Of a DNA stretch of 64,000 bases, positions 35,155-44,974 are shown one piece after another (position 1 is the stretch's first letter; every line of letters starts with the position of its first letter). The notes beneath the pieces are model-generated. The model was not told where the DNA came from. It made no database searches and worked only from the letters and a program-made list of their open reading frames with translations. The stretch comes from Minisyncoccota bacterium (GTDB taxonomy: Bacteria > Patescibacteriota > Minisyncoccia > UBA6257 > 02-FULL-45-10c): assembly GCA_036517155.1 (NCBI GenBank), contig DATDXY010000001.1, forward strand, positions 6,510 to 70,509. Reading direction: 5' to 3'. A program made the translations under genes and the position numbers.

Positions 35155-35862
35155 TTAAAATTTCAAATATTGTTCCCAATATTCGTATAACGATTTCGTA
35201 GCCCGCAAATCTCCGACATTATACCGGGCGATTTCCTGGTATTTTTTCTCCCGAAACAAACGACCTACGTCGTCGCCAGTCACACCGGACTTCGGGCTTT
35301 GAATGCCGAATGCCCGGCAGTATAAATGCAATCCGCCGCGGCGGCGCACTGCTCCATAAAAGGAAAGTAAGTCAAATAAATCAATATTTTTCGCTCCGTC
35401 CCGCTGGCTATTTAAATAACGATTGGACATTAAATCCTTGGTCGGCCGGATTTTATGGATAGCGGAACGAATCATTAGAAAAGGAATATCAAAACTCCGG
35501 CCGTTGAAACTTACAAATTCTTGATATTTCTCCGCACCCTTCCAAAACGCTTCCAGCATTTCTTTTTCTGGCATCGGTTTGAAAGTAATACCGTCTTCTT
35601 CAAAAGTTTCATTTTTCTGGCCGGGCGCTTGAAAATACACGACGCCTTTGTCTTTTTCGCAATCTAAAACACCGATGGCGACAATTTCCCCGGTCAAGGG
35701 CGAAAATCCCATGCCATTTTTTAAATCTCCCAGCGCTAATTTATAATCTCCTTCACTGAAAGTTTCCTTTTTAATCCAATGCGTGAGCACTTCTTGCGTA
35801 GTTTTATCTAACGCTTCAAAATCCTCGCCTACGGTCTCAATATCAAAAATAAGCTTGGCCAT
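35155..35862 (-). CDS. PolB-related 3'-5' exonuclease (RNase H-like, DEDDy)
   Basis: FDIET, SFNGRSFDIPF, IDL and YNVGD motifs. Confidence 0.85.
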   Translation of the reverse strand: MAKLIFDIETVGEDFEALDKTTQEVLTHWIKKETFSEGDYKLALGDLKNGMGFSPLTGEIVAIGVLDCEKDKGVVYFQAPGQKNETFEEDGITFKPMPEKEMLEAFWKGAEKYQEFVSFNGRSFDIPFLMIRSAIHKIRPTKDLMSNRYLNSQRDGAKNIDLFDLLSFYGAVRRRGGLHLYCRAFGIQSPKSGVTGDDVGRLFREKKYQEIARYNVGDLRATKSLYEYWEQYLKF

Positions 35863-35877
35863 GTTTTAGAATATAAT

Positions 35878-36558
35878 CTAGACCACTGGATACAACGGCA
35901 CAATTTCTAATTCTCCTTTTGCTGGCATACGAATCACGTCAATCACTCGGCCAAAAATCCGGTAATCTCGGCGAAGAATAATTGGTTTGTAACTCGGGTC
36001 CGAGGATACGGGATTTAAAATAATCGCATTATTGGCGTATTCTATCTTTTTAATCACCGCAAATCCATCCACGACCGCCACGACTAAATCGTTATCGGAC
36101 ACTCCGTCAGTCAACTCCACCAAAACATAGTCTCCTTCGTTAATGCCTGCTTCATTCATGGAATTACCGACGGCTTTAATGCTAATAATTTTGTCTTTCT
36201 TTTTTCCTTGCAATAATTCACTTGAAATACAAATAAAATCCGAAAAAGATTTTTCCGCAAAAATATTTAAATTGTCGCAACCCGCGGACGCAATGACTGG
36301 AATCGCAATTGTATTTGCGCTCATTACGGCGCCTGGCTCAATCATGGTAATGCCACGTTTTTGATAACGGCTACGTTTTACCAAACCCTTCCGTTCCAGT
36401 GCCATCAGGTGTTGGGTAACTGCCCGCGGCGAAGAAAAATTCATAATCTTCACCATCTCCGCGACTGTTGGCGCCGTACCATTCTTTTTAATGAATGATT
36501 TTAACGTTTCATAAAAACTTTTCTGCTTTTGAGTTAAAAGAGAAATAATTTTTTCCAT
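35878..36558 (-). CDS. lexA: LexA-like repressor (S24 peptidase)
   Basis: LTQKQ...PTVAE...AV..HL.ALERKG winged HTH; GNSM catalytic Ser; VIKK catalytic Lys; start taken at ATG 36558. Confidence 0.8.
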   Translation of the reverse strand: MEKIISLLTQKQKSFYETLKSFIKKNGTAPTVAEMVKIMNFSSPRAVTQHLMALERKGLVKRSRYQKRGITMIEPGAVMSANTIAIPVIASAGCDNLNIFAEKSFSDFICISSELLQGKKKDKIISIKAVGNSMNEAGINEGDYVLVELTDGVSDNDLVVAVVDGFAVIKKIEYANNAIILNPVSSDPSYKPIILRRDYRIFGRVIDVIRMPAKGELEIVPLYPVV

Positions 36559-36564
36559 ACCTAA

Positions 36565-36621
36565 ATTATACATATATACATTCTACTAAGTAAATATATA
36601 CTGTATATATACTGTGGATAA
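36565..36621 (-). promoter_or_regulatory. lexA promoter with ATATATAC direct repeats and a DnaA box
   Basis: TATAAT at 36565-70; ATATATAC at 36572, 36594 and 36605; TTATCCACA at 36613-21. Confidence 0.55.
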
Positions 36622-36623
36622 CT

Positions 36624-37307
36624 TTAAGAGAGGTAATATTTCTGAATCGGACAAAATTTACTGTCCAACTCATACAGTAACGGTTTACCGGTTGGTATTT
36701 CCACGTCCATAATCTCTCGATCGGAAATAGATTCTAAGGATTTCATAAGCCCACGCAAGCTATTGCCATGGGCAGCCACTAATACATTTTTGTTTTCCCG
36801 TAATGCCGGCGCAATCGCCTCTTGCCAATAGGGCAATAAACGTTCCACCGCGTCTTTCAAAGATTCCGCTACCGGCAAATATTTTTCTTCCACGCTGCGG
36901 TACTTCGGATCGTTGCCGGGATAATACGGATGATTTTTATCCAGAGCCGGCGGACGCGCGTCGTAACTACGCCGCCACGCCAAGACTTGTTCCACCCCAT
37001 ACTGCTTGGCAATATCTGATTTATTCAAACCCTGCAATTTACCGTAATGCCGTTCATTGAGACGCCAAGTGGATTTAATTGGAATTTCTAATTTCATTTC
37101 CGAAAGCGCCAATTGCAATGTTTTTTGCGCTCGAGTTAAAAATGAAGTAAACGCGCAATCAAAATTAATATTGTTGCGTTTGCATAATACTCCCGCCTCT
37201 CTCGCTTCTTCCATGCCTTTCGTTGATAAATCCACATCTACCCATCCAGTAAATCGATTTTCCTGATTCCACACGCTTTCGCCGTGGCGAAGCAAAATTA
37301 AATACAT
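36624..37307 (-). CDS. gpmA: 2,3-bisphosphoglycerate-dependent phosphoglycerate mutase
   Basis: LRHGES.WN, FTGW.D, LNERHYG, WRRSY, AHGNSLR and IPTG.P motifs. Confidence 0.95.
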   Translation of the reverse strand: MYLILLRHGESVWNQENRFTGWVDVDLSTKGMEEAREAGVLCKRNNINFDCAFTSFLTRAQKTLQLALSEMKLEIPIKSTWRLNERHYGKLQGLNKSDIAKQYGVEQVLAWRRSYDARPPALDKNHPYYPGNDPKYRSVEEKYLPVAESLKDAVERLLPYWQEAIAPALRENKNVLVAAHGNSLRGLMKSLESISDREIMDVEIPTGKPLLYELDSKFCPIQKYYLS

Positions 37308-37357
37308 AGTATAAAATACTAGAGAAAAAACTTTTAAATTTCAATGCCGAGATTTCT

Positions 37358-37495
37358 TTATTTCTTGATATTTTGCCAAAGCCAGACGATGAGTAAAACT
37401 CCCGCCACCAACCAGACTAGCCAAGTAAAGATTGCGGTAGTACCTAACCATCCGCCACCCATCATCTGGTCCGATCCATAACCATAATTCATCAT
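37358..37495 (-). CDS. Small membrane protein with Met/Gly-rich N-terminus
   Basis: MMNYGYGSDQMMGGGW plus a TM (45 aa); TGCTATACT 6 nt before the ATG. Confidence 0.65.
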   Translation of the reverse strand: MMNYGYGSDQMMGGGWLGTTAIFTWLVWLVAGVLLIVWLWQNIKK

Positions 37496-37554
37496 GGTAT
37501 AAGTATAGCAAAAAAATCGCCTAAAGAGGTAATGTAGATTACAATACAAATACT

Positions 37555-38526
37555 ATGCTTATTGACGACGTAACTATCTCTGTTGCCGCAGGAGACGGCG
37601 GTAAAGGAGCGGTAGCTTTCAACAAAAACAAAATGAGTCTCGGACCGGCCGGCGGAAGCGGCGGCAATGGCGGCAACGTATTTTGCGAAGGCATCGTGGA
37701 CATTTCCGCATTACGACAATTTCGCTTTAAGAAAAAACTAGCTGCGGCCAACGGAGAAAATGGCCGGGGCCAATTTAATGACGGTCAAACTGGAAAAGAC
37801 TTGATTCTGAAAGTTCCGGTCGGCACGGTTATCCACAATATAGAAAATGGAACTCAACAGGAAATTACTAAAATCGGCGAACGCGCCCGCATTGCCGAAG
37901 GCGGTCACGGCGGCAAAGGTAATTTTTTATTCCGATCGCCTCACAACACCAGTCCGAAACAATTTCAACTGGGATTGCCCGGAGAAAAATTCACGTTCCG
38001 ATTGGAATTGAAATTAATCGCGGATGTCGGGCTGATCGGTTTTCCCAATGCTGGCAAATCCAGCCTGCTCAATGAACTGACCAACGCCAAAAGCAAAGTA
38101 GCAAACTATCCCTTTACTACTTTGGAACCGCATTTGGGCGCTTACTATGAATTAATCATTGCTGATATTCCCGGATTGATTGCCGATGCTTCTAAAGGCA
38201 AGGGATTGGGAATTAAATTTCTCAAACACATTGAACGAACTTCGACATTATTTCACTTGGTATCCGCTGAATCGAATGCGCCGGAAACAGAATACCAAAT
38301 TCTTCGTCAAGAACTTGGAATTCATAATCCTGCTTTACTAAAAAAGAAAGAATATCTCTTTCTCTCTAAAAGCGATATTTTATCTCCCGGGGAATTGAAA
38401 AAGAAATTATCAGTTCTGAAAAAATGCAATGCTTCCGTTGCGCCGATTTCCATCCACGATTCCGAAAGCTTGGAACGAGTTAAAACTATTCTCAATAAAA
38501 TTATTCAAAGCAAAAAAGTCAGCTAA
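37555..38526 (+). CDS. obgE: GTPase Obg
   Basis: Gly-rich Obg fold, GFPNAGKSS, YPFTT, DIPG and FLKHIER. Confidence 0.95.
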   Translation: MLIDDVTISVAAGDGGKGAVAFNKNKMSLGPAGGSGGNGGNVFCEGIVDISALRQFRFKKKLAAANGENGRGQFNDGQTGKDLILKVPVGTVIHNIENGTQQEITKIGERARIAEGGHGGKGNFLFRSPHNTSPKQFQLGLPGEKFTFRLELKLIADVGLIGFPNAGKSSLLNELTNAKSKVANYPFTTLEPHLGAYYELIIADIPGLIADASKGKGLGIKFLKHIERTSTLFHLVSAESNAPETEYQILRQELGIHNPALLKKKEYLFLSKSDILSPGELKKKLSVLKKCNASVAPISIHDSESLERVKTILNKIIQSKKVS

Positions 38527-39022
38527 TCTCTATAATCCGATATTCCCGAGAGCCGTTTGCCGTTGGCACCGTCACGACATCCCCATTTTTATGCCTCATT
38601 AGCGCGGCGCCTAACGGCGACTGAAAAGAAATCCGCCCTTGGCCGGGATCGGTTTCTTGGGCGCCGAGAATTTGATAGGTCTTTTGCTTGCCCCCCACTG
38701 CCAATACCACCACGGAACCAATCTGCACTGTCCCGGAAGAATTCCGACCGGGCTGGATAATGACCACTCGCTTCATTTGTTCCTGAATTTCCAAAATTTG
38801 ATAATGCGTCCGCCGCAGAATTGCTTTGGCGGCTTTATATTCCGCATTATCCGATCGGTCGCCGAATGCCGCGGTCCGCGCGGTTTCCGCAATCCGTTCC
38901 GGCAAGGCTTTTTTTAATCGTTCTAACTTTTCTTTCAGCGATTGCAAGCCATTTTCCGTAAGATGAATCGGGCCGTCCTCCCGCCGCCTTAATTCGTCCG
39001 ATTTTCTTCTAGGTATTTGCAT
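38519..39022 (-). CDS. GreA/GreB family transcription elongation factor
   Basis: GDRSDNAEY acidic tip; IS.QSPLG.AL. Confidence 0.9.
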   Translation of the reverse strand: MQIPRRKSDELRRREDGPIHLTENGLQSLKEKLERLKKALPERIAETARTAAFGDRSDNAEYKAAKAILRRTHYQILEIQEQMKRVVIIQPGRNSSGTVQIGSVVVLAVGGKQKTYQILGAQETDPGQGRISFQSPLGAALMRHKNGDVVTVPTANGSREYRIIEIS

Positions 39023-39082
39023 GCTTTGTATTTTACTCTAAAGATGGAAAAATTGCTGAAATTAGCGTAAACTATACATTCC

Positions 39083-40552
39083 ATGTCGAATAATGAAGTA
39101 ATACTGAGATTTAATAAAGTCTCATTTGAATACGGGCACAATAAACCGATTTTACAGGAAGCGGATTTTTCCATTCGCCGCGGCGCGAAAATTACTTTGA
39201 TGGGCCAAAATGGTTCCGGCAAAAGTACCATTTTTCAACTATTAACCAAGACCCTACACCCAGAATCCGGAGCAATTAATATCGCCGAAGATCTGACCGT
39301 GGCCACCGCCCGACAAGTCATCCCCCGCGATCAGATGGAATTAACGGTACGGGAATTTTTTGAAAAATGTTTTTCTAAAAAAATATATAATATTGATCCA
39401 CGCATTGATGAAGTATTTGAAGTGATCAATCTTCACGCCCCCCACGACCGGATTATTAAATCTTTTTCCGGCGGCCAGCAAGCGCGACTTCTACTCGCTT
39501 CCGCCCTGATTCAAGATCCCGATTTACTCCTATTGGATGAGCCAACCAATAATCTAGACAAAGCGGGCATTGAACATTTAACCAAATTTCTTTTGGATTA
39601 TAAAAAAACCTGCGTGGTCATTTCCCACGACGCGGATTTCTTGAATACTTTCACTCAAGGCGTGCTCTATTTGGATATTTTTACCCGGAAAGTGGAACAA
39701 TACGTAGGCAATTATTTTGACGTAGTGAAAGAAATCAAAGTTCGCTTGGAACGGGAACAAAGAAAAAATGCGCGGTTGGAGAGCGATATCATGCATCGGA
39801 AAGAACAAGCTGGTTTTTTTGGTCAGAAAGGCGGTCATATGCGAGACGTCGCTCGGAAAATGCGAGAAAAAATTGCCGAACTAGAAGAAGAAGTGGTGGA
39901 TGTCCGTCAAGAAGATAAAACTATCCGGAATTTCTTTATTCCCTGTCAGGAAGAAATTACCGGCCAAATCCTGAAATTGGATTCCGTGGCCATTATCAAA
40001 AATCACAAATCGGTCAATAAAAAAGTAAATGTTCTGCTTAAGAAAAATGAGCGTTTGCTTCTGACGGGACCAAACGGAATTGGCAAAACTACTTTATTGG
40101 AAAAATTGGCCCATGGACACATGAAAGGAGAGCATATTATGAAAGGCACGCGCGTCGGTTATTACCGCCAAGATTTTTCCACGCTGAATTTTGAGGATAC
40201 AGTATATGATTCGCTAAAATCGGCGCTGCCCGACGATTTTGATATGGAGATGACCCAGCAAAAACTTCGTGCGCTTGCCGCCGGATTTTTAATTAACGAA
40301 CATATTTTACGGACGAAAATCGGTAGTTTGTCGGAAGGCCAAAAGGGATTAGTGGCCTTTGCCCGCCTCGTTTTGCAAAAACCCGGGTTGCTGATTCTAG
40401 ATGAGCCAACCAATCACATCAATTTCCGGCACATTCCGGTAATTGCTGCCGCCCTGGATAAATATACCGGCGCGATGATTCTCGTTAGCCACGTGCCGGA
40501 ATTCGTAAAGCAGATTCGGATTGACCAAGTTTTGGATTTGGAAAAGATATAA
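39083..40552 (+). CDS. ABC-F family ATPase
   Basis: Two NBDs (GQNGSGKS/FSGGQ/DEPTN and GPNGIGKT/LSEGQ/DEPTNH); no TM segments. Confidence 0.9.
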   Translation: MSNNEVILRFNKVSFEYGHNKPILQEADFSIRRGAKITLMGQNGSGKSTIFQLLTKTLHPESGAINIAEDLTVATARQVIPRDQMELTVREFFEKCFSKKIYNIDPRIDEVFEVINLHAPHDRIIKSFSGGQQARLLLASALIQDPDLLLLDEPTNNLDKAGIEHLTKFLLDYKKTCVVISHDADFLNTFTQGVLYLDIFTRKVEQYVGNYFDVVKEIKVRLEREQRKNARLESDIMHRKEQAGFFGQKGGHMRDVARKMREKIAELEEEVVDVRQEDKTIRNFFIPCQEEITGQILKLDSVAIIKNHKSVNKKVNVLLKKNERLLLTGPNGIGKTTLLEKLAHGHMKGEHIMKGTRVGYYRQDFSTLNFEDTVYDSLKSALPDDFDMEMTQQKLRALAAGFLINEHILRTKIGSLSEGQKGLVAFARLVLQKPGLLILDEPTNHINFRHIPVIAAALDKYTGAMILVSHVPEFVKQIRIDQVLDLEKI

Positions 40553-40554
40553 AC

Positions 40555-40586
40555 AAAAACATCCGCCAGTTGGCGGATGTTTTTTT
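40555..40586. terminator. Bidirectional terminator
   Basis: AAAAACATCCGCCA-GT-TGGCGGATGTTTTT. Confidence 0.8.
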
Positions 40587-40589
40587 CTC

Positions 40590-40790
40590 TTAAACTCGGT
40601 TCACGTTGACCGCGTTCGGTCCTTTCGGACTGTCGGCGATATCAAACGTTACTTTGTCACCTTGCTTAAGGTCTTTGAATTCAACATTCTTTAGCTCATT
40701 AGAGTGAAAAAAGAGATCTTTTTCCTGGCCTCCGCGAGCGATGAATCCAAATCCTCGGTCAGTGACGCGAGCGATTGTTCCTTCGTTCAT
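40590..40790 (-). CDS. cspA: Cold-shock protein
   Basis: RGFGFI (RNP1), LFFH (RNP2) and KGPNA.NV. Confidence 0.9.
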   Translation of the reverse strand: MNEGTIARVTDRGFGFIARGGQEKDLFFHSNELKNVEFKDLKQGDKVTFDIADSPKGPNAVNVNRV

Positions 40791-40922
40791 AGTAAACGTA
40801 TTAATTTCAATGAAAGCTCAAATCTAAATACTGAAAAGTGAAACTCGACGATGATCGCTATACAGCCCCGATTTGATTAATCTAACTATATCATACATTT
40901 TCTAATCTGTCAAACTCAAATC

Positions 40923-41522
40923 CTATCTGGATTCGCCTTCAAAATTTTTCGCCACTTCGCCGAACTGCATGGTAATTGGATCCAGTTTGAGCCATAAACT
41001 CTTACCCACCGAAGGCGAAGCGGTCATCGGCTCGCCCGGCAAACGAACGGCATAATTTACGACAATAACATTCTGTCTTTTGCTTCCCATCGCTGTCGTT
41101 CCCTCTTCCATTCCAGTAGTTTGCGGAGCAATTCGGTCGCCCAAAAAAACCGCCTGGGAACCGACATAGCCAGTTGGTGTATTTAGGGCGGCGACAAAAT
41201 AGAAAAAGGCGCCGCTGCCGCCGGTTTCTTGAGTCAAAATAAAAGCCACGTCTTCCAGGCCGTCGTCATTCAGATCGTGTTTAACTTCGTTGCCGAAATA
41301 ACGGGTTGTGACTTTGGCGGCTGATTCCGGAGCGGCTTCGGTTTCCGCAATGCCATTAACCAAAGTAACCGCCTTGCCTTCAATGTAATACGTTGCGTTT
41401 TTCGGGCTAAATTCCGCTTCTTTCGGAGAAACCGCCGGGGCTTTTCCGGATTTACCAATAAAGAAAAAAATTCCCGCAGCTACCAATAGAACAACAATGC
41501 TGATAAGTTTTATTCTATTCAT
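40923..41522 (-). CDS. Membrane-anchored hypothetical protein
   Basis: N-terminal TM; DLNDDG.ED and GGSG.F...LGDRI. Confidence 0.75.
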   Translation of the reverse strand: MNRIKLISIVVLLVAAGIFFFIGKSGKAPAVSPKEAEFSPKNATYYIEGKAVTLVNGIAETEAAPESAAKVTTRYFGNEVKHDLNDDGLEDVAFILTQETGGSGAFFYFVAALNTPTGYVGSQAVFLGDRIAPQTTGMEEGTTAMGSKRQNVIVVNYAVRLPGEPMTASPSVGKSLWLKLDPITMQFGEVAKNFEGESR

Positions 41523-41537
41523 AGAATAACCTTCATC

Positions 41538-41774
41538 CTACACATTCTTCTCGGAATACGAAGGGAGCCAATCCATTACCTTTTTGCGATGTTTATCAAT
41601 GGACCACTCGTTACTGCCCTTGAAAAGGACCGGATACGATTCTTGAAACTGTTTTAATACTTTCACCGACGCGTGCGGGAAACCGATGGGAATGCTTTTG
41701 TTGTAAGATTCCATAAAAGCGACGAGAGTCGTTTTTACCAAATTAACATCCAGAGGATTATACTTTGGTTTCAT
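41538..41774 (-). CDS. Hypothetical protein
   Basis: 78 aa ORF; WSIDKHRKKVMDWL. Confidence 0.7.
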   Translation of the reverse strand: MKPKYNPLDVNLVKTTLVAFMESYNKSIPIGFPHASVKVLKQFQESYPVLFKGSNEWSIDKHRKKVMDWLPSYSEKNV

Positions 41775-41837
41775 AATGTATTGATAATACCACGAATAAA
41801 GAAAAAATCCAATTTTTCTGATTCGAATATACTTATT

Positions 41838-42089
41838 TCAACGATGAGGGCAACCGGCCCAACAACAAGGCCGGCGCATCCCGCCCTTAAGTTTAGAAAG
41901 CGCCTTCTCGATACGAATATTCCTTGTTTCCGCTTTTTTTCCAGACGTAACCCAACAAATCCACTCGTTGCGCGCGATCGGCGTAATGTCTTCCCACACC
42001 GATCGCACGACCGGAACAGAAATAATAGCTTTTTGTAAATCCGCTGGCGCTTTGTGCACTACGCCGTTGGAAATTGCTTTCTTGGTCAT
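41838..42089 (-). CDS. YdeI/OmpD-associated family protein
   Basis: P.DL..A...W..ITP..RNEWICWV...K..ETR..RI...RRPCCW.GC. Confidence 0.85.
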   Translation of the reverse strand: MTKKAISNGVVHKAPADLQKAIISVPVVRSVWEDITPIARNEWICWVTSGKKAETRNIRIEKALSKLKGGMRRPCCWAGCPHR

Positions 42090-42101
42090 AATACCATGAC
42101 A

Positions 42102-43427
42102 TTATCGAATATAGACGGTTGGATTTTTGAATTTCCATTCGGTTCCTTGGCAAAGTTCGTTTTGGTATTCAATCATCAGTTCCGTATTACTCGTAAGTTT
42201 GAGAATAAATCTTCCGCTTATAATCCCCTTCCCATAATTTCTTAAAGGAGAACTTCCGTTATTATCGTAGCAATATACGACGTCAGGAGTAACATCCTTG
42301 AATTTTCTATTGATAGTTCCTGATGACAGTGGCTCAAAAACCCATTTTGTCGGTTGTGAGACAATGATTCCGCTTACGGAGATCACTGACTGTTCTAGAT
42401 CGCGGTTGTTTGGTCCAAAATATAAGAGCTTGCTCCAATCGGCATGGCGCGTTGGGGAAGCATCCCCAATAAACCAGTCTCCCATAAGTGTACCGGGGAC
42501 ATCATACTCCACGGAACCGCACGAACCCCCTATTTTAGAATCAAGTTTTCCGATAAGCGTTTCTTTAAGCGGAGAGGAAAAATAATCAAACGGACAAGTA
42601 GAATGCTTCGTCAAGTGTCCATGCCGCGACGCATTCGCAAATGTATGCGTTACGCGCAAATCCCAAGTCCCAAAATTAAAGTTGCCTTGTAAGCGCCCCA
42701 CTGTACCCAGTGGCGTTCCTGCCTTAATAGGCTCCATGAGAAGAATGGGGCACGTATTGTCTTTTATTGAACCTCCCGGATATGCGCATCCACGAGAATC
42801 AACGAGTGCCTGCATTTCTGGCGATAAACTTTTCACATGATCAACAACCCCATATACATCTTTGCAGAAGGCATATTTAATAACATGATCTTCGGGGTCC
42901 TGCGTTATGCCATAACGAGGATTAATAAGAATAATCCACATATCTCCAGGCGCAACCAAAGGAGTGGTTTTCGTTGTTCCCTGTCCGGTGACTCCGATAT
43001 ACGTATCACTGCTGATACTCGCCAGCGTATGTTCTGGCGGGTTGGAAGAGCCGATAGGCTCAATGCCAGTAATTGAATCTATGGGAACCGGCGATACAGT
43101 CATTAAAGTTTTGCCGCACTCCGGAAGTTCTGCCCGCTCTTTTTCGGAAAGAATTTCCCATCCGGGACGCTCGGAGCTTGAAGCAATTGATTGCTTTTCG
43201 GGTTTAGGCGATAGAGTTTGTTTCGGTGGATCTATTTTTGGGGGAATACTTGAAGACTGAGATGATTTCGGAGACTCAGAAATCACGTTGTTTGAAGACA
43301 CTTGGTCCTCTCTTGGTTTCTCTTCTGATATTTTTGTACGATATTGAATCAACCCAACAAAAAGAAGAACAGTGACAACACCGACCGCGATAATGGATGC
43401 GAATCCTTTTTGAATTACCTTAACCAT
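42102..43427 (-). CDS. Exported hypothetical protein, possibly a degenerate M23-like fold
   Basis: QKGF plus TM, Ser/Pro linker, PLVAPGD, DHV, IKAGTPLG and CPFDYF. Confidence 0.7.
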   Translation of the reverse strand: MVKVIQKGFASIIAVGVVTVLLFVGLIQYRTKISEEKPREDQVSSNNVISESPKSSQSSSIPPKIDPPKQTLSPKPEKQSIASSSERPGWEILSEKERAELPECGKTLMTVSPVPIDSITGIEPIGSSNPPEHTLASISSDTYIGVTGQGTTKTTPLVAPGDMWIILINPRYGITQDPEDHVIKYAFCKDVYGVVDHVKSLSPEMQALVDSRGCAYPGGSIKDNTCPILLMEPIKAGTPLGTVGRLQGNFNFGTWDLRVTHTFANASRHGHLTKHSTCPFDYFSSPLKETLIGKLDSKIGGSCGSVEYDVPGTLMGDWFIGDASPTRHADWSKLLYFGPNNRDLEQSVISVSGIIVSQPTKWVFEPLSSGTINRKFKDVTPDVVYCYDNNGSSPLRNYGKGIISGRFILKLTSNTELMIEYQNELCQGTEWKFKNPTVYIR

Positions 43428-43472
43428 ACAATGCCGAGAATAATTGCTAGAAGTCCGAGCAATATGTCTATT

Positions 43473-44129
43473 TTATTTCGATCGTGACTCAAATTCAAAT
43501 GCCCGGTTCCAATCGATCTTTCGCGTAATCATCATGATAGTAGCCAGTAATGCGAAGAGCAGTAACGCGCCAGTAAGCAGCGCATACGTCTCAAGATGAA
43601 GTACGATTAATAAATACGTGTAGACAAGCGTAAGCATTGCCGCGATACCCATTGCTCCCCTGACTGTTCGCAAAACGAAATAACTATACAGCGTAATCAA
43701 CGCAATCGTCATTGCGGCCGCGACAATATATGCCGTAATAAATCCAATATGTTCCGTTAAGGCAAGAAGTAGAAGATAAAATTCTGCGAGCCCAAGCCCG
43801 ACTAACAAATATTGTACGGGATGTAATTGCAAATGCCACATTACATCCATTAGAAAAAAGACGCCAAACGTCAGCAAGATAAATAAGATTGCATATTTGA
43901 GTACCCGTTCAACTTTTCGGTAAACGCTAACGCCAGTTTTTTCATCAAAGCCCGACAATTTATTAAATATGCGTACCTGCGAAGCGTCCCCGCCATGCGT
44001 TTCCAACGCTTGTTGCTGATACGAAATACGATCGTTTACTACGGCATAGACGAACATACTCGCGGCGAAACTCACTGCTATTACGATACCTATCGAAATC
44101 ACTTTAATGGTAAAAGCTAAGCTTGGCAT
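43473..44129 (-). CDS. Short CreD-like inner membrane protein
   Basis: YR.VER.LKYAILFI, LHPVQYLLVG, LLLALTEH and TRKIDW; lacks the large extracytoplasmic part. Confidence 0.8.
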   Translation of the reverse strand: MPSLAFTIKVISIGIVIAVSFAASMFVYAVVNDRISYQQQALETHGGDASQVRIFNKLSGFDEKTGVSVYRKVERVLKYAILFILLTFGVFFLMDVMWHLQLHPVQYLLVGLGLAEFYLLLLALTEHIGFITAYIVAAAMTIALITLYSYFVLRTVRGAMGIAAMLTLVYTYLLIVLHLETYALLTGALLLFALLATIMMITRKIDWNRAFEFESRSK

Positions 44130-44176
44130 GATGTACATTCTAACTAGAATTGGCCAGCTAAAGTAACAAAGTTTAA

Positions 44177-44974
44177 CTAATGTAGATTTAGAAAAATATA
44201 CTCGCCAGCCCCTGCTTCCGGCGGAAAGTAGATGGTGTCAGGGTCTTGGCCAGGGACATTTTGTTTCCGAGGCAATAGCGGACAGTCATGTAGATCGCGA
44301 TACGCTTCCGCAATAATCAATTTATCGGGCGTAATCCCGTATCGTTTATATTCCGTCACAACATCTGGCGTCATATGACTAAAAACCTCGTCTACTGCGG
44401 GCTGGTGCATTGGCCGGGTAAATTTAACGGCAAAATCAAAATTATCGGATGCGTACTCTGGGCCACGCGCTAAATTAGCGGTGCCGATCTTTTGGCCGGC
44501 AGTTACGCGCATCCCTTCACGCAATGAAGGATTAAGATTGATATGAAAAAACACGAACTGCCAGTGACGCGGGCTAGCAGGATGGTGCGTATCGGGAGTC
44601 AACCAAATTTGCTGGTCGCCCGGACCACCTAAATCGTTATCGATGAGAAAAATCTCGCCATCGAACGGGGCAAAAACAGAAACCCGGTCTTGCGTACCTC
44701 GGTATTCCGGTTTTGCTTTTATATAATGTTTCATAGAGCGCGGCGTTTTTTCTAATTCTCCGGTAGTTACAGTCGGAGGCCGATAGTCGTGCCCAGCGCA
44801 GCTTCGATATTGCGAAAAGGCGGCAATTTGCTCCAGATCTACTGGGTTGGCAGTAATAAACTGTTGATTGATCTCTGTTGACGTTGGCAGGTACGAGAAC
44901 CCAACTGCCATTCCTATAAACCCAAAGAAAACAACTGCCACTATGAACAATAGTACTTTTACTAATCGACTCAT
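44177..44974 (-). CDS. Exported hypothetical protein, possibly a degenerate M23-like fold
   Basis: N-terminal TM; SQYRSCAGHDY, MKHY, VFAPFDG, FFHI and V.AGQKIG; start taken at ATG 44974. Confidence 0.7.
   Translation of the reverse strand: MSRLVKVLLFIVAVVFFGFIGMAVGFSYLPTSTEINQQFITANPVDLEQIAAFSQYRSCAGHDYRPPTVTTGELEKTPRSMKHYIKAKPEYRGTQDRVSVFAPFDGEIFLIDNDLGGPGDQQIWLTPDTHHPASPRHWQFVFFHINLNPSLREGMRVTAGQKIGTANLARGPEYASDNFDFAVKFTRPMHQPAVDEVFSHMTPDVVTEYKRYGITPDKLIIAEAYRDLHDCPLLPRKQNVPGQDPDTIYFPPEAGAGEYIFLNLH

Noticed and set aside
36599-36616. E. coli-type SOS box (CTGT-N8-ACAG)
   Set aside because: Reads CTGTATATATACTG: 2 nt short with the wrong right half; treated as direct repeats instead
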